64,000 nt of DNA, taken from the NCBI GenBank assembly GCA_907165135.1, contig OU015566.1, forward strand, positions 558,001 to 622,000, written 5' to 3'. The DNA comes from Oikopleura dioica. Lineage: Eukaryota; Animalia; Chordata. Each line of letters opens with the position of its first letter. Within the stretch, counting starts at the first letter, position 1. Under the pieces are notes generated by a model, which was not told the origin of the DNA, searched no databases, and saw only the letters and a list, made by a program, of their open reading frames with translations. This document shows, in pieces, positions 24,083 to 37,029 of the stretch. A program made the translations under genes and the position numbers.

Positions 24083-27000
24083 ATGAAATTGTCTGCTGCT
24101 CTTGTTTCCGCCGTGAGTAAAAGAAGAAAGAGATAAAAATGTGATAAATTATATACAAATTAAGGTAGCCGCGAGAAAATGGAATCCCTTTGGCAACAAG
24201 CAAAAGCTCTTGTCTGTCCCAAAATCTGCTCAGGCTCATCGTGATGCTCATGGTGACCAGGGCGAATATGGCGATCTTGTCGTTCAGCCATGGCAAGTGG
24301 ACATCCTTGTCAAGCACGGCTACGATGCGGACAAGCTCAACGTCGACGAAACTGCGGGAAACGACCCTCCGAACGGGCGAGGACTAGTCACGTGGGCGAG
24401 AAAATGGAACGTCGTGGATTCGGATGGAAAATTCGTCGTCCCCTACGCAATCCAAAATACTGTTCCTTCCGAGCACTGGCAAACGATTCATGATGAGCTT
24501 GCGGACTTCACCCTCGCAATGGGCTGCCTCAAATTCGTCTTTGATCCAGATTTCACCTATGATAATGGTGTTCACATTGCCGGCGAGTCATCGAACGGCA
24601 GCGGCTGCTGGTCTTTTGTCGGTCAATGCACCGGTTGCTCAAATGGTGTGAGTGGAATTCACTCCGGCTGGCAAGCTCTTCGACTTCCAAACTGGTGCAT
24701 TGGGGCTGGAGGCATTCATCACGAGTTTTTGCACGCGATTGGATATCTCCACGAACAGGATCGACCAGACTGGGCTGACTATATCACCGGCGGCGATGTC
24801 GGAGATATCTCCAACGACGTCTGGTTCGAGACTGGGCATCCCTTCGAGCCATCTTCAAACGTCATGTATAGTGGATTCACGCTCGTCAACGGCCGCAGCT
24901 ACAATCCTCACCCCCTTCTCACCACAACCGATGCCGAGCAAGGATATCTCCTCTACTGCGAGGGAAAAGAACAAACCCACCCGCTGGAGCCAAGATCGAT
25001 GTGTCTCGAACCAGATGTCGTTGACGTTTTAAGACCTGTCTTCCAGCACAAATTCTGCGACGGCTTCAAAGACTGCCTCAACGGAGAAGACGAAGACGGC
25101 CGTCTTGCGACTTGCGCTGAGGGTGAAAAAACCGCGCTTGGTTGCTGCAAAAATCTTAACATGGACTTCTTCGGACTTGGCACTTGTGTTGCCGGTGGCT
25201 CAATCGTCAACGGGAAAGACGTCTACACTTGTGACCATCCATATATAATAAAATGGCAATGGAGCTCGTCAGGTGGATGTAGGGTCCGGCACGATTAGGA
25301 CAGAAAAATTATTTTTCAGAAATCTTCAACTGTGGCTAAAATGAGGTTTCGGAACTCATTTCCGGCCTTTGATTCTCCCCAAAACTCCTCTTTTCATCCC
25401 TTTTTAGGCTTTCAAAAATTTCTTTACTTGAGAGGCTGCTGCGCTCTGATTGGTTCGCACAAGTCAGAATTTCTTCTAGACTCGAGATTCTTCTTTTTCA
25501 AAATAAATGTGCGGACTTCAGCCAATCAGCGCGCGTTAAACATTTTAATTCTAATCGTTATAAACTTTAAAAGTAATTCACAAGAAAAGTCCAGTGAGTT
25601 AGAATAAGTTTCAAAAGCAAATATTATTATTTTTTATTTCTCTATCTAAAATGACTAGGCCTGGAATTGTGAGCGACCTAGAACGCAAAATAACCGAGAG
25701 AAATCGGCGATTTTGATTTTCAGTCGGGATTCTGATTGCACCATTTTATTTGGCGTATTCAAAAACCCTAGAAACATTTCGATTTTTAGGGGGCTCATAC
25801 TTTTTTGGCCTTTCAAAAACTTGGGTCCTCCGATCGTGTCGGACCCTAGGTGGATGGACTGGTTGCGCAAACGACTCGTGCAGCAGCAGATATACGAGGA
25901 CTGGAAACGGAATAGCGGATGTGCCATGCTTTGGCGACGCTGGAGAATTTTCCTCTGATTTTCAATGGGACGGCAACGCTGTCAGTAGTCTCGGTTGTCA
26001 GTCTGGCGATGGACCTGCTACTCCTACTCCCTGCGCTGATCACAATTGCGATGATAATCAACGATGCGTCAACAACGATGATCTTTCTGGATACACCTGT
26101 GAGTGCCGAGATCCAGTTAACAAACCCTGTGCGACAACAACCACCACTTCTACCACCACAACGACCACAACAACTACGACTACAACAACAACGACTTCCA
26201 CAACAACGACGACGACGACAACAACAACTGAACCACCAACTTGTCCTCCGACAACTGGATGTGATCCAGCCTGCGAAACTGGTTAGATAATGTCTTATAT
26301 AAAAAATACTAATCTTCATGAGACAGAAATTAAATCTCATTGTAGGATTCACTTGTTTAAATGGAGAATGCATCGATGAAGATGAGTGTTCCACTGGCAA
26401 TCATAACTGCCACTCCTATGAAAACTGCGCAAATCTACCGAACGGAAGAGGGTACAAATGCGAGCCAGGGAATCAAGAGTGCCAAATGCATCACAAATTT
26501 GCTGAGTGGAAAGGAGTAAGTCATATTCTTATATTTTCTCTTTACTAACTGTTTCTTTTCTCAGCGCCAAAACGTCAAATACATCTACAAGGGAGAAGAC
26601 TCCGTCATGCTCCAAGTCAAATTTCGATCTAAAAACAGATTCGTCAATCCCCGATCCGAGCTCTACAAGGGTTTCGTTTTTTGGACCAAAGACGTTTGCG
26701 GAATGGACTTCATGAAAAAACTTCGAAGCGGCGAAGTTCGAATCGACCTTGTCGACACAACCGATGTTTATCGACTCGGTGATGTCTACTTCCGAGATGC
26801 TGCGAAGTACACTCACGCTGGCTTTGAGTTCGAGTTGACTCAACTGGTCGATAAGGACACCCCTTGGGCTTTCAAGGGCGGCGTTGCTACTAAAAATATG
26901 GGATCTGACGATGTCCAGGTTATTCTCACCGGTAAGGACGAAAAAAGCGAAGCAAATATTGAATATTTATTTTCAAGGGCTCAAGGATGTCCAGTGGATC

Positions 27001-27144
27001 GACGCTAAGGGCCGAGACTGGTGCCTATTGACAGCTGCTAATGCGATCGTTCCTCTTGAAAACAGCGATTTCCCAGACTACCATATCATGTGTCTTGCTG
27101 AAGCAAAGACTTTCTGGAAGTCTCCTTCGGATCCGAATGCATAA
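24083..27144 (+). CDS. Astacin-family zinc metalloprotease with LDLa-like module, EGF, Thr stalk, calcium-binding EGF and an unrecognised C-terminal domain
   Basis: Signal MKLSAALVSA|VAA; HEFLHAIGYLHEQDRPD (HExxHxxGxxHExxRxD); GCWSFVG; FCDGFKDCLNGEDE; Thr run at about 26130-26230; DEDECSTGNHNC. Confidence 0.9.
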
Positions 27145-27269
27145 AACAGACCTCGTTAATCGAATAAAACAGTTTTAAGAAACTCCAACTCATTTTTGAT
27201 GGTTTGTCAATTCTAAGTCATTTTATATTTCCAAAATAGTTTTGAGAAAAACGGTTCTCTTCGTTGTCT

Positions 27270-28922
27270 TCAGTCGTCGAAGGGGTTTGCATATCTGTTC
27301 ATGCTCGTACTGTCATCGCTTGTGACGTCAGAGATTGAGAAAGAGACGTTCTTTTCGCTGACTTTTCTCCTAAAATATTCTTGTTAGGACTTTTTTATTC
27401 GGAAACTATGAATTTCGTCATTTTTTTCCTACTGCGCTTTCCGCAATAAAAATGATACTAGCTACTCAGGGTGGGAAGATATCGCCGCTTGAGAAATGTC
27501 AAATTTCAAAGATCAGATTTAAGAGTACCTGTTCTGGAAAATGTACATTCCGATAGTGATGGCTAGCCAAACAAAGATTGAGGCTCCGATGAGTCCTCCT
27601 CCTAGAGCTGGGGAAATTCCATCGTCTGGGCACTCAGCGCCAAGCACTTTTTCAGTTCAAAATATTTCAAAAAATTACAGCGGAAATTATGGACTAATTG
27701 ATTGAATTCAAATTTTGTTGGCTCTTTATCAATTTGCTTTTTGAAATGTTTGTTCAAAAGACTCGACTCGGAACTGCCGAAAAAACGCAAACACTTCACA
27801 TTTTATCGGGCGCTAGCACCAGTTTCCTGTTTGTTAGGGATTAGATTTGAGACAATATCAACTTCCTGAGAAAACCAAACATTTGTTCGATGAAATTTGC
27901 ATTTACGAAAAACGCTCATTTTGAACTGTTCCTGTGAAGAAAACGAGCACCATGACGAGTTCGAAGATAATGATGCTGGAAGTGATGATGATCGTTTTCG
28001 AAAGAGTCCAGTATTTGAAAATGAAAACGCAGGCGGCAATGATGTAAAACGCACTAGAAAATGTTTTCTGTCTTTTGGAATTCTTTTTAACCTGAGGACA
28101 GAAACAACGGTGATTGTGACAATTCCAGTCGTAGATTCGACGAATGAATTGACACATTTTTTCGAAGCAGTTGTTGTTACAGAGACTGTAGGAGCTACTG
28201 TGTTCTTCTCGTCAATAACAGTCACTTCTTCCAATTTGAGTTTGTCCTTGATGTCAGAAGGAATACTCGGGTCTTTTTGAGCTGCTTCAAAATTTTGGTT
28301 AAGAACTTCTTCAACTTCTCTTTCGGTCTCCTTTTCAGTTCTGACTTGAATCTGGATAAGATCGTCCTGATTTTTACGGCTACCACAGTTGCTCTCTGAA
28401 TAATCGCAAGGAAAGGTGACATGACAGTCAATAAAGTTTATGCAGGCTGTCTTTTCGAATTGATCTTGAAGACGAATGTTGAAGTCGATGTCCGTAGAGT
28501 CATACACTTATTATTGAATTCGTATAAATTTTATCTCAATTTTTGAAATACAAGGTTAAATTATGAGTCTAATCAATACTTGAAATCCATTCCTAAATCT
28601 TTCGATGTTATCAGATATGAATTTAAATCACTCGGTTTTAGAGTTGGTGCGATAGTTTCTTCTTCTTGCGAAGAAGTTGTCGGTTTGTTCGACGGCGACA
28701 CAGTGGATTCGACAGTCGATGACGTCATTGTAACAGTGGTTGTTTTCGTTGTAGCTGAAGTCGTTTTCCAGATGCATAGAGTTCCTGTAGTGCAAGTTCC
28801 ACTTTGAGTTCAAAATCTTCATCATCAGTCAATAAAATACCATTATCTTCTAAATCTCTTTGTCCAACTGAAAGTTTTAGCAAAATTGTGAAAATAAAAA
28901 ATCGACAGCTGAAGAATTTCAT
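27270..28922 (-). CDS. Type I membrane mucin/SEA-like protein
   Basis: Signal MKFFSCRFFIFTILLKLSVG; Thr-rich segments; a SEA-like beta/alpha segment (YDSTDIDFNIRLQDQFEK...LKLEEVTV); TM GGLIGASIFVWLAITIGMYI at about 27545-27600; the tail ends RYANPFDD*. Confidence 0.6.
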
Positions 28923-30122
28923 ACTTGCGAAAATGAAATTCACTTGGGAAATTTGTGCGCGCGTAAGATAAACACTGACATCTTAACAACTTCTGCTCAA
29001 ATAAAGATAGGGTTCCGCATGTTCTACAATCCATTTCCTTTTCAATGAAGATTTTTACAAGGCAGCGAAAACGAATATGAAATGTCAACGATCTTTGCAG
29101 GGAAACTGTAGGAAGACCCTTTTTATCGAGATTCTCTTCTATGATTTCAATAAATTTTTTACTCAAAACTGCGAAAATAAAATTTGACGAAATTAAAGAT
29201 AAAATCTCTCATTTGATAATTTTTCAACGTGGCGCAAGAACAAGAAAAATACCACGCCCTGGAAATTGCGACTTCCAAAATGAGGCTTACCAAAAATATT
29301 TTGAGTTACGCAACTGCGCTCAGAATATAATCGGGGTTCTAATAAGCTTCTCATCAGATAATCCGCCTTTTTGACAGCTACGGGGATCAGTTCTCCCGAG
29401 CAAATATTGCACCTGCTCGAGGTTTTCTCTTAGATTTTTAAAAGAAAAACTCTTTTCACTCCTGAATCTGACTCTTTTCAAATCGAAGAGACTAAAATTA
29501 ATTGATTAAAAAATTTTTGGGATTTTTTTTAATTTTGGAAAATTCAAAAAATTAAAAACTTTCAACTAAAAATGAAAAGAATGATCATAGAGTCGATTTT
29601 TCAAAAAACAGCGTCTCAATATTTTAGCTGGAGATCTTCTGTTACAGCGATCAACACACGCATCTGAATATTTAGAACGAAACATGCGGCGCGGTCAACG
29701 CGTTTTCGCCAAACATGTTCCCACGTTTTTGCCATTTCCGGCTTTCGAAAAAAGATTTTTTCCTTTTTTTTTATCGTTTTTCAAAGTTTACTTACCAAGT
29801 TCATTTTTTGGCTTGATTGTTCTAAAGGCAGCTGCAAAGTGAAAGTAAATAACGCTATTTGTTCGCTGGACAGAAGTCGGTTTTAAAGGGATCAGCGAAG
29901 AGAGCTCGAATTGATTTTTAGTGAGATTAGCGGGACGGCAAGACGCACGAACTGACATGATGACCTAATCGAATTTCCAGCGATAAATGAATAGTTTGAA
30001 AATAAAGGAAGTAAAACTAAGCTGGTCGTGTCGGTTTTTTTTCTGCCAAAAATAAGGGTATTTCCCTACTGAAATTCAAAGTTAACAAAAAAGGGATAGC
30101 ATGCATTTATTCTCTTCAAATT

Positions 30123-30558
30123 CTAGCGATTACAGATGGCTCGACACAAGCATTCACAAATTCTTTCGCAGATTCTTTCGCAAATTTTGTCCAAAATGGC
30201 TTCTGCGCATTTTGTCACGCAGACCAAGCAGCAGCAGTTGCTTAAAAAAATGATACGTGCTATATTCTCAATTCACTAACCAGCAAATACAGCACTTATT
30301 CGCCGGTGTTTCTTGTCTAAATTCTTCAATTTCTTGTGCAGTTTTTTGAATGTCATTTTCCACAGCTGTTATTTCGCTTTCAATTGCCCTCACTCCTGGC
30401 AAGACCGGGACATGAGGCTCTGGAGTCGGGCTGTAAAGGACGTACAAATTTGAGGTGTCGATTTGGACCGGCTCTGCTGTCCAAGATTCGGGCGGTTGGG
30501 TTATCACCACAGCTTCTGTATTCTCTTGATGAGCAACGGGCTCAATTTTGTTCGGCAT
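30123..30558 (-). CDS. Small protein with Pro/Glu-rich N-terminus, short coiled coil and Cys-rich C-terminus (CYSTM-like); 2 exons
   Basis: A 40-nt GT-AG intron (30241-30280) joins NKCCIC to CNCCCLVCVTKCAEAILDKICERICERICECLCRAICNR*. Confidence 0.7.
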
Positions 30559-31753
30559 AACTTTTGATAATTAGGAGGAGTGAGAGTAGATAAGAGCATG
30601 AAACAGCATTTACTCAGTAATAAAATCGAATTCGATTTTCCTTGTTACCGTAGTGACAATTTGAGTTTATGGAAATTCGCAAAACCGAATAAAATTGTAG
30701 GAAAAATAAAGTTTCTACTGATCAAACAAAATTTCGGCTCAAATTTATATCTTATTTTGGGCTGAGGAGTTTGAGATAAACAAGCGGACAGTTGATCGTC
30801 TCTTTTGATATTTGTACTCCTCAAAAGAGACGATTATTTGTGAGATGACGTCTCTTTTGAGAATGTTAATTTATCTTGCATGTTAATTCCCAATTTTGCG
30901 TCTTATTATTTTTTCCTAAGCGAACTTATTCGTCCCCTTGTTTCCAATAAAAGGTCTAAATCTATGCAGATCGGATGATATTTACCAATCAGCGTAACCC
31001 CCTCGGCCCGTGGCTTTTATTGACAAAAACAGCGAGATCAGTCTTGAAATACGTTTACAAAACGACTTTGGCGACTGAAACAAGGTGTACAATGAGCAAG
31101 CAAACGGAAGTATCTTTAACTGCATCTTTCCATAAGCGGGGGTCGATTTTTCCCGCTAAAGACGGCGAGTCAGAGCGACATGTGTAAAAAAAATGTTAGA
31201 AGTTTGGCGGCGAAGTAACGAAAGATCGAAAGATCTAAGTGAATTTGCTCATCCCCAGATATCACCGGCGAAATGTCAGCAGAAACATTTTGGGCACACG
31301 TTTTTACCTGTTTTTTTCCTTCCTTGCAAATGTTTTCACGTCACAGCGAAAAGTAAAAAGATGCAAAAAATGACTCTTCTTATTAAAAAAATCTTCTTGT
31401 TTTTTGGATGAACAGTAATTGAGCCACGTATTGAGCATTTTAAAATTTGTCGTAATTATCAAAAGGTTTTTGAGTTATCTTATCGAAGCTATTTTCAAAT
31501 CATGGGAACATATGCTTTTTGATAGCTCAAGCGAAAAAATTTTATCTGGATTTAGAATGCTTTTCTTCTCGTAAACCGATTTCTGACGCAATTTCTTCTC
31601 AGTCTTTTACTGTAGATTCGCGACAGCGTTGAAAGTTAATACACCAGGAAGATTGTCGATTCTTAAGAAGTTCCGATCGCATTAATTCCGGATTCTCAGA
31701 TTTTCAGAAAGATTCTTGTTATTTTTTCGAAAAAAATGGGGTGCAGCATCAAA

Positions 31754-31816
31754 AACCGACAAAAAAAATGGTCGACAAATTTTGCGTGGGCGGCTTCTTG
31801 ACCGCTGATTGGCCGG
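31754..31816 (-). mobile_element. MITE family 1, partial copy B
   Basis: aaccgacaaaaaaaatggtcgacaaattttgcgtgggcggct...ctgattggccgg matches one arm of the family. Confidence 0.7.
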
Positions 31817-32448
31817 TAAGAAAACTCTTTAGTAAGATTTCAAGACGCCTGCCCTTTTTCTTTGCCTAAAATGACCTCGAATTTAGTCTTTGAACCAATG
31901 TTATAAAAAAGCTAGAAAGACAGAGAAAGAGAGCCGGTCTTAAAATGTTTAGAGAAGTGGCTTAAACCCGGAGTATCACGTTGAACATTCTACACCGGTA
32001 GAGATAACTTTGAGAAATGATTTGAACACACGAACACCTTGAAACTACTCCGGTTTCAGCTGTGAGCTAATTTCCGTTTTTTCTCACGCCACTTTTTTCA
32101 AGATCTAAAAAACAAAAATTAAAAAGCTGTTTTTCGAGCGCTTGAGATAATCAAGTCCCTGTTCCAGCGACTTTCAAATCAAGCTGAAATTGAACGAAAA
32201 AAAACGAAAAAAGAGCCTTTGTCCGAAAAATAAAGATCAAAAAGAAAATCCTCGCTGGACCGGAGAAAATCCAGTTCTCCGTTAATTTCGCTACGAAAAA
32301 GCCTCGAAAATCGCCTTCGCGCATAATCATTTGTTATCTCAGATCTGTCTCTTGAAAAGAAGGTCAACACGTGACAGGAAACAGGGAAAGGCTACGTGAT
32401 GTAATAGTTTTGACTTTTTCGGACTTTTTGATAAAGATCTTTTTTTAA

Positions 32449-32782
32449 GGCCCCCCGTCAGTTTTTTCCTTCGAAAAATGGAAATTTTCAAAAACACCAT
32501 ATTTTTGGTTGTAAATGCGTCCTCAGGTTAAACTTGCTTTAAAAACATGGTACGAGGAATTTTTGACCGAGAAAAATAAATATTTTTGCCAAAATTAGCG
32601 CAAATTCGTCAATTTTCGGCGAAAAGTCCAATTTTCTAATTCGATTTTGGGGTCGTTAGAATCGAGATAGACCCCCAAAAAATGGAGCCTCAAAATCGTT
32701 TTTTGACCCGTAGAATCCATTTCCGGGGTCAAATTTTATAATTCCGAAATTTTATTTTTTGAAAAAAGCTCACGGGGGGTCC
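32449..32782 (+). mobile_element. MITE family 2 (about 334 bp, GG..CC termini, TTAA TSD; Kolobok-like), copy 1
   Basis: ttaa|ggccccccgtca ... cacggggggtcc|ttaa; the internal gagatagacccccaaaaaatg..cc..aaaatcgttttttgacccgtagaatc is shared with 46578-46910. Confidence 0.85.
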
Positions 32783-33624
32783 TTAAATAACCGCCAAAAA
32801 CAACTTCTTTCAGAAAGCTTGACCGAAAAATCTTCCGTCAAAATTCTTCAAAATCACAATGACATCACTTTCTCGCCACCTTCTCGGCGGAGAAAAAATC
32901 CGGTCACGTGGTCAGCGCCTGGCCGGAGATTGAATACCGCGGTAGGCCGAGGAAGGCGAGTTTCTAACTGGCTTTTGCGCATTTTTTGTCCATAAGTTAT
33001 GGACCATAACAAAAAGACTCGAAAATGTGAAAAGGGCCCGGTAAAAAGTGGATTTGCGTCTTGATCCCTTCTTTGGACAAGTGCGAAGCCCAAAATAACA
33101 CCTGCGAGCTCTGTAATGCCAAACAAGTACAAGCGTCTTAGTTCGCGTAATTTCTTCACAAGCGAATTCGCCATCACTTTGCCACAATAAATCGTTACAT
33201 AATCGCGATAAATCGCAGCTGCCCGAAATCGAAGAAAAAATAAACCGGTTGGTCAGAAACTCAAACGGGCTCAAAAACAAGCTGCATGTTCAAAGAAACA
33301 TTTTCCCGGTCTCTATCTTATCGCATAAGCCGCAGAGATGAGCTCGCCAATATAAATTTGCATATTTTCTGATATAAGCAAAAACCCGTTTTCTCTTGGG
33401 AAAAGGATACTTTCCCACAAGTCCATTCCTCGATTTTTGAAACATTCCTATGTAAATTGAAATCTCTATGAAAATATCTTTTTTGGCCAGCAGGCTTGAA
33501 ACATTTCTGGAAACGTTTGTTTAATTTTGAGCTGATTTTTTAAGGGGACTACCACAAGAACTTTATTTTCAAATCAAGGCTTTTGGATTATTTGAGCATT
33601 TTTTTGGAATTTGCGAGGGGGGGG

Positions 33625-33773
33625 GGTGTCTGGAACCGACAAAAAAAATTCGACAAATTTTGCGTGGAAATTTTCAACCAATCAGAAGCCTGGAGTCGGC
33701 TGAGCGGCCAATCAGCAGCCGAGTAGACGCCTACGCAAAATTTGTCGAATATTTTTTGTCGGTTCCAGACACC
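33625..33773 (+). mobile_element. MITE family 1, copy C
   Basis: Near-perfect TIRs ggtgtctggaaccgacaaaaaaa / ttttttgtcggttccagacacc; CCAAT at 33678 and 33708. Confidence 0.92.
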
Positions 33774-35310
33774 ATCCCGAATTTTCGATACTATAAATGT
33801 AAATTTTAAAATCAAACTAAGTTAAAATAAATCTTTTGGACAAATTAAAGATATAGAAGAAACGTTTTTCTGAATATGAATGTCTCTTTTGATAATATGA
33901 TGGAATAAAATGGGTCTTCAAAGCAAAATTTGATTATAAATGTTTATGATATTTCATCCAGTATTCGCTATCAAGTCTCAAAAATATCTTGTTCACTAGA
34001 AGGTCAGCGATAAAATTCTCAAAAAGTTTCCTTATCAGTAAAAGAAAGCTATTTTTAGAAAGACTCCACTTGTCTCCAATCGCGAACAAGAATGTCTCAA
34101 TTAAGACAATTTCGTTGAACCTAATAAATCACCTGTATTTAGTCACAATAAATGCTCCAATTTATAATCAAAAGCTCCATTTTCTTGATTTCTCAGTGCG
34201 CGAGCTCGCTTGCGCCACCTTTTTCGCGCGCGCGCTCGCGATATTTTTGCAGAGACTCCGAGTTTTGCTCTGAAATTGAAGAAAATAACTTGCTTTGTAA
34301 AATAAATTTAAAAAAAAAACGGAAAATAAAAAAACTTCAAAATAATAAATTATAAAGCGAAATAAAATAACAGACTTCAAAGAAGAAAAAGAGAGAGCAA
34401 GCAGAAAGAAGAAGGTACGAAAATAATCTTGAGAGAAATATTTTCAGAGACAAAGAAGGCCGAAGAAGAATTGAACAAGAAAAAAACTGTGAGCATGAAT
34501 ACACAGGTAATCTTTATTTACGATTTTTCAGAAATTTTCATAATTTTGAGACAAAATCGATTTTCTCACAGTTTTTTTCAAATTCGACCATTTGTAGCGA
34601 AAATTAAAAATTTTAAAATATAAATTGAAATTTTCTGATTTTCTGATTTCTCGAAAATCCAGTTCTGCATCGTTGAGAGTGCGCCATTTATTAATAAGAA
34701 AGTAGGCTTGTAGTCCAGTTAATCAATTATTAATTCATGTCAACTGTCGTAAGCAAAAATAAACTTCATCTCTGTATATGTCCAAATTTTCGAGCCTATT
34801 TTTACAAACCTCAACCATGAAATTACCTAAAACCCCGGCTTAAAATCAGCTTCTCAAGATCGCCCTTCGAGCAAAAGGGATTATTTTTTGGAGAAAGCTG
34901 GATCATAAATTAATTCAAATTATACACATAGCGGCTTTGGCGCGGTCATCTCCCTTTTCGCGCTTCGAAAATTCGCGGATTGAACTATCGTGGCCTTTTT
35001 GATCCGCGAAAAATCGCCATCTCCGAGTTTCGAAGTGAAAGTTTTTGAATTTGAAATATTTGGGCTCAGAAGCGAGAAATTCGTAAACATCAAAAGTGCA
35101 CTTTAAAATTTTAGAGTTGCGCTTGCAATTTTCTTCATTTTATTTTAAATTTTTATTTGAGAAAAATTGAGGAAAATATTGGAATTTGAAAGACAGATAG
35201 AGCGCCCGTTCTTAGAAGGAAAAGATTTATCAATTGTTTTGGATGAGAATAAACATTTTGGATTTTTGATTTTTCAGCGGCGCCAATTTTCGAGGTTTTT
35301 GGCGATTTAA

Positions 35311-35704
35311 GGGGGTAGAACTAGGTTTTCCGAAAATAAGTGATTTTTGAGAGCCCCTTTAAATAAGAAAAACCTATTTTTACAAAGGTTAACGAAATTT
35401 CCTTTGAGATGTTGCTAGAAAAAGCATTCAACTATCAAAAAATGAAATTTTAAAAATCGGCTAATCACGTGACTCGAGAAATTTGAGGACGCAAATAGGC
35501 TAAAATGGCGATTTTCGATGAGATAGTTTGGTGTTTCGCTCTCTACCGCCAAAATTTGTTGACGAAAAATTTTTTTAAGAAAAATGTTGTTAGATCTAAG
35601 TTTGCTCTATCTTCAGCTGAAGAGATAATTTGAATATCTTAGCTTGCCTGGCTTTGAGCGCCGGTCTAGAATTGGCTATTTTCGAAAATCCTAGTTCTAC
35701 CCCC
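35311..35704. mobile_element. MITE family 3 (394 bp, TTAA TSD; Kolobok-like)
   Basis: ttaa|gggggtagaactagg.ttt.cgaaaata ... tattttcgaaaatcctagttctaccccc|ttaa. Confidence 0.85.
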
Positions 35705-36026
35705 TTAAGTCGAAAGTCTTCGGCCAAATTTTATTCTTTCAAAATTACTTGTCAATATAGTCCCTGAAATTCTTTACAGAAAAGTATCAATTTTTTCTCA
35801 GAAAAAAAAAATTCCAGATTGAAAAAAATGAGAGTTATTTATGGTGCCCATTTTTTACAAAAAAAAGCTATTTTGCTCTCTCAGACGTGATTTTCAAGCC
35901 GCAAAATGGCCGCTTAGTCCCCACGGCAGCGGAACATCCCTTTTGTATTTTTACCTAAGAATTCATAGAATTTCCATTTTTCCCTCTTTTGTTGGAATAA
36001 TTCGGCAGAATCAAAAATAGAGAATG

Positions 36027-36690
36027 ATCAGGGTTTTGATTGGCCGGTAGGCTAAACACAGCAATCTTATTGGTTATCCATAAATGTCCGAATTATGGGA
36101 AGACGAATCAGCTTGCTCTATTTTGCCTACCGGCCAATGGAAACCCAGATCCATAAAATCACATTCTTTTCTCAATTCTGCCCTTATTTATTACTTCTTA
36201 CATTGAGTCGGAAAGAAAGAAGGGCCGGATTCTTTCGTTCACGTTTGAAGGAATAAATTTCCGCCGTGGAGCATAAATATACAGAAGCCATTTCCTTCCA
36301 GTATTCTATTACGATCCCTTTTAAATCCCTCTGTAATATTTTGAGTCAAAGCGGGCAATGAATATTTTCAAAGCGGTCGCACTCTGTTTCTAATAGAAAG
36401 AAAACTTGTTCCATTGACATTTATAGGCGCCTTATTGGATTCCCCTTCAATTTGTTTTTTAGATAAGAAGATCGCGCTGGAAAATGCAGCTTTTTACAGG
36501 AAAGGGTTCGAAATTATCAAGAAATTTTCAAGGTTAGGGTTAGAATTAGGGTTAGGGTTAGAGTAACCCAGAATTTTTCTTGGTTTATGCATCTTTTATG
36601 AGGACTTAACCAAAAAGTGGAAGTGTTTTTAAAGTTGACCAATAAGATTGCTGTATTTGGCCTACCGGCCAATTAGAGTCCTGATCCAGA
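36027..36690. repeat. Inverted-repeat pair (about 50 bp arms with CCAAT motifs) enclosing degenerate TTAGGG repeats
   Basis: gatcagggttttgattggccggtaggctaaacacagcaatcttattgg is close to the reverse complement of ccaataagattgctgtatttggcctaccggccaattagagtcctgatc; five TTAGRR units at 36534-36563. Confidence 0.65.
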
Positions 36691-36774
36691 AAATCACTTC
36701 CATTTTTTGGTTCTGCCCAGAATAAGGGCATCTTGAGGAAAACTGTCCAATATTATGAGGCTCCAAACTAGAGG

Positions 36775-36922
36775 GGTGTCACGAATCGACATAAAAATCT
36801 CGAAAAATCTTGTGTAAGTGGCTAATCGGCTGCTGATTGGCCGGTTCGCCGAATCCAGGCTGCCGATTGGCTAGAAATTTCAACGTAAAATTTGTCGAAA
36901 TTTTTTTCAGTTCCTGACAAAC
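36775..36922 (-). mobile_element. MITE family 1, diverged copy D
   Basis: ggtgtcacgaatcgacataaaaa ... cggctgctgattggccgg ... tttgtcgaaatttttttcagttcctgaca. Confidence 0.75.
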
Positions 36923-37029
36923 CCCCCCCCCAACTTGGCCACTGATTGGCCTTACCTCAAAATGACGAAAACTGATTGGTTAAAATTTTCATAAATTAAA
37001 AAAATCAGCTGAAGAACCCAAAAAGTCCT

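Noticed and set aside
32854-33280. Two overlapping minus-strand ORFs of 107-122 aa
   Set aside because: Neither frame shows a known domain or convincing exon boundaries; the region is flanked by MITEs.
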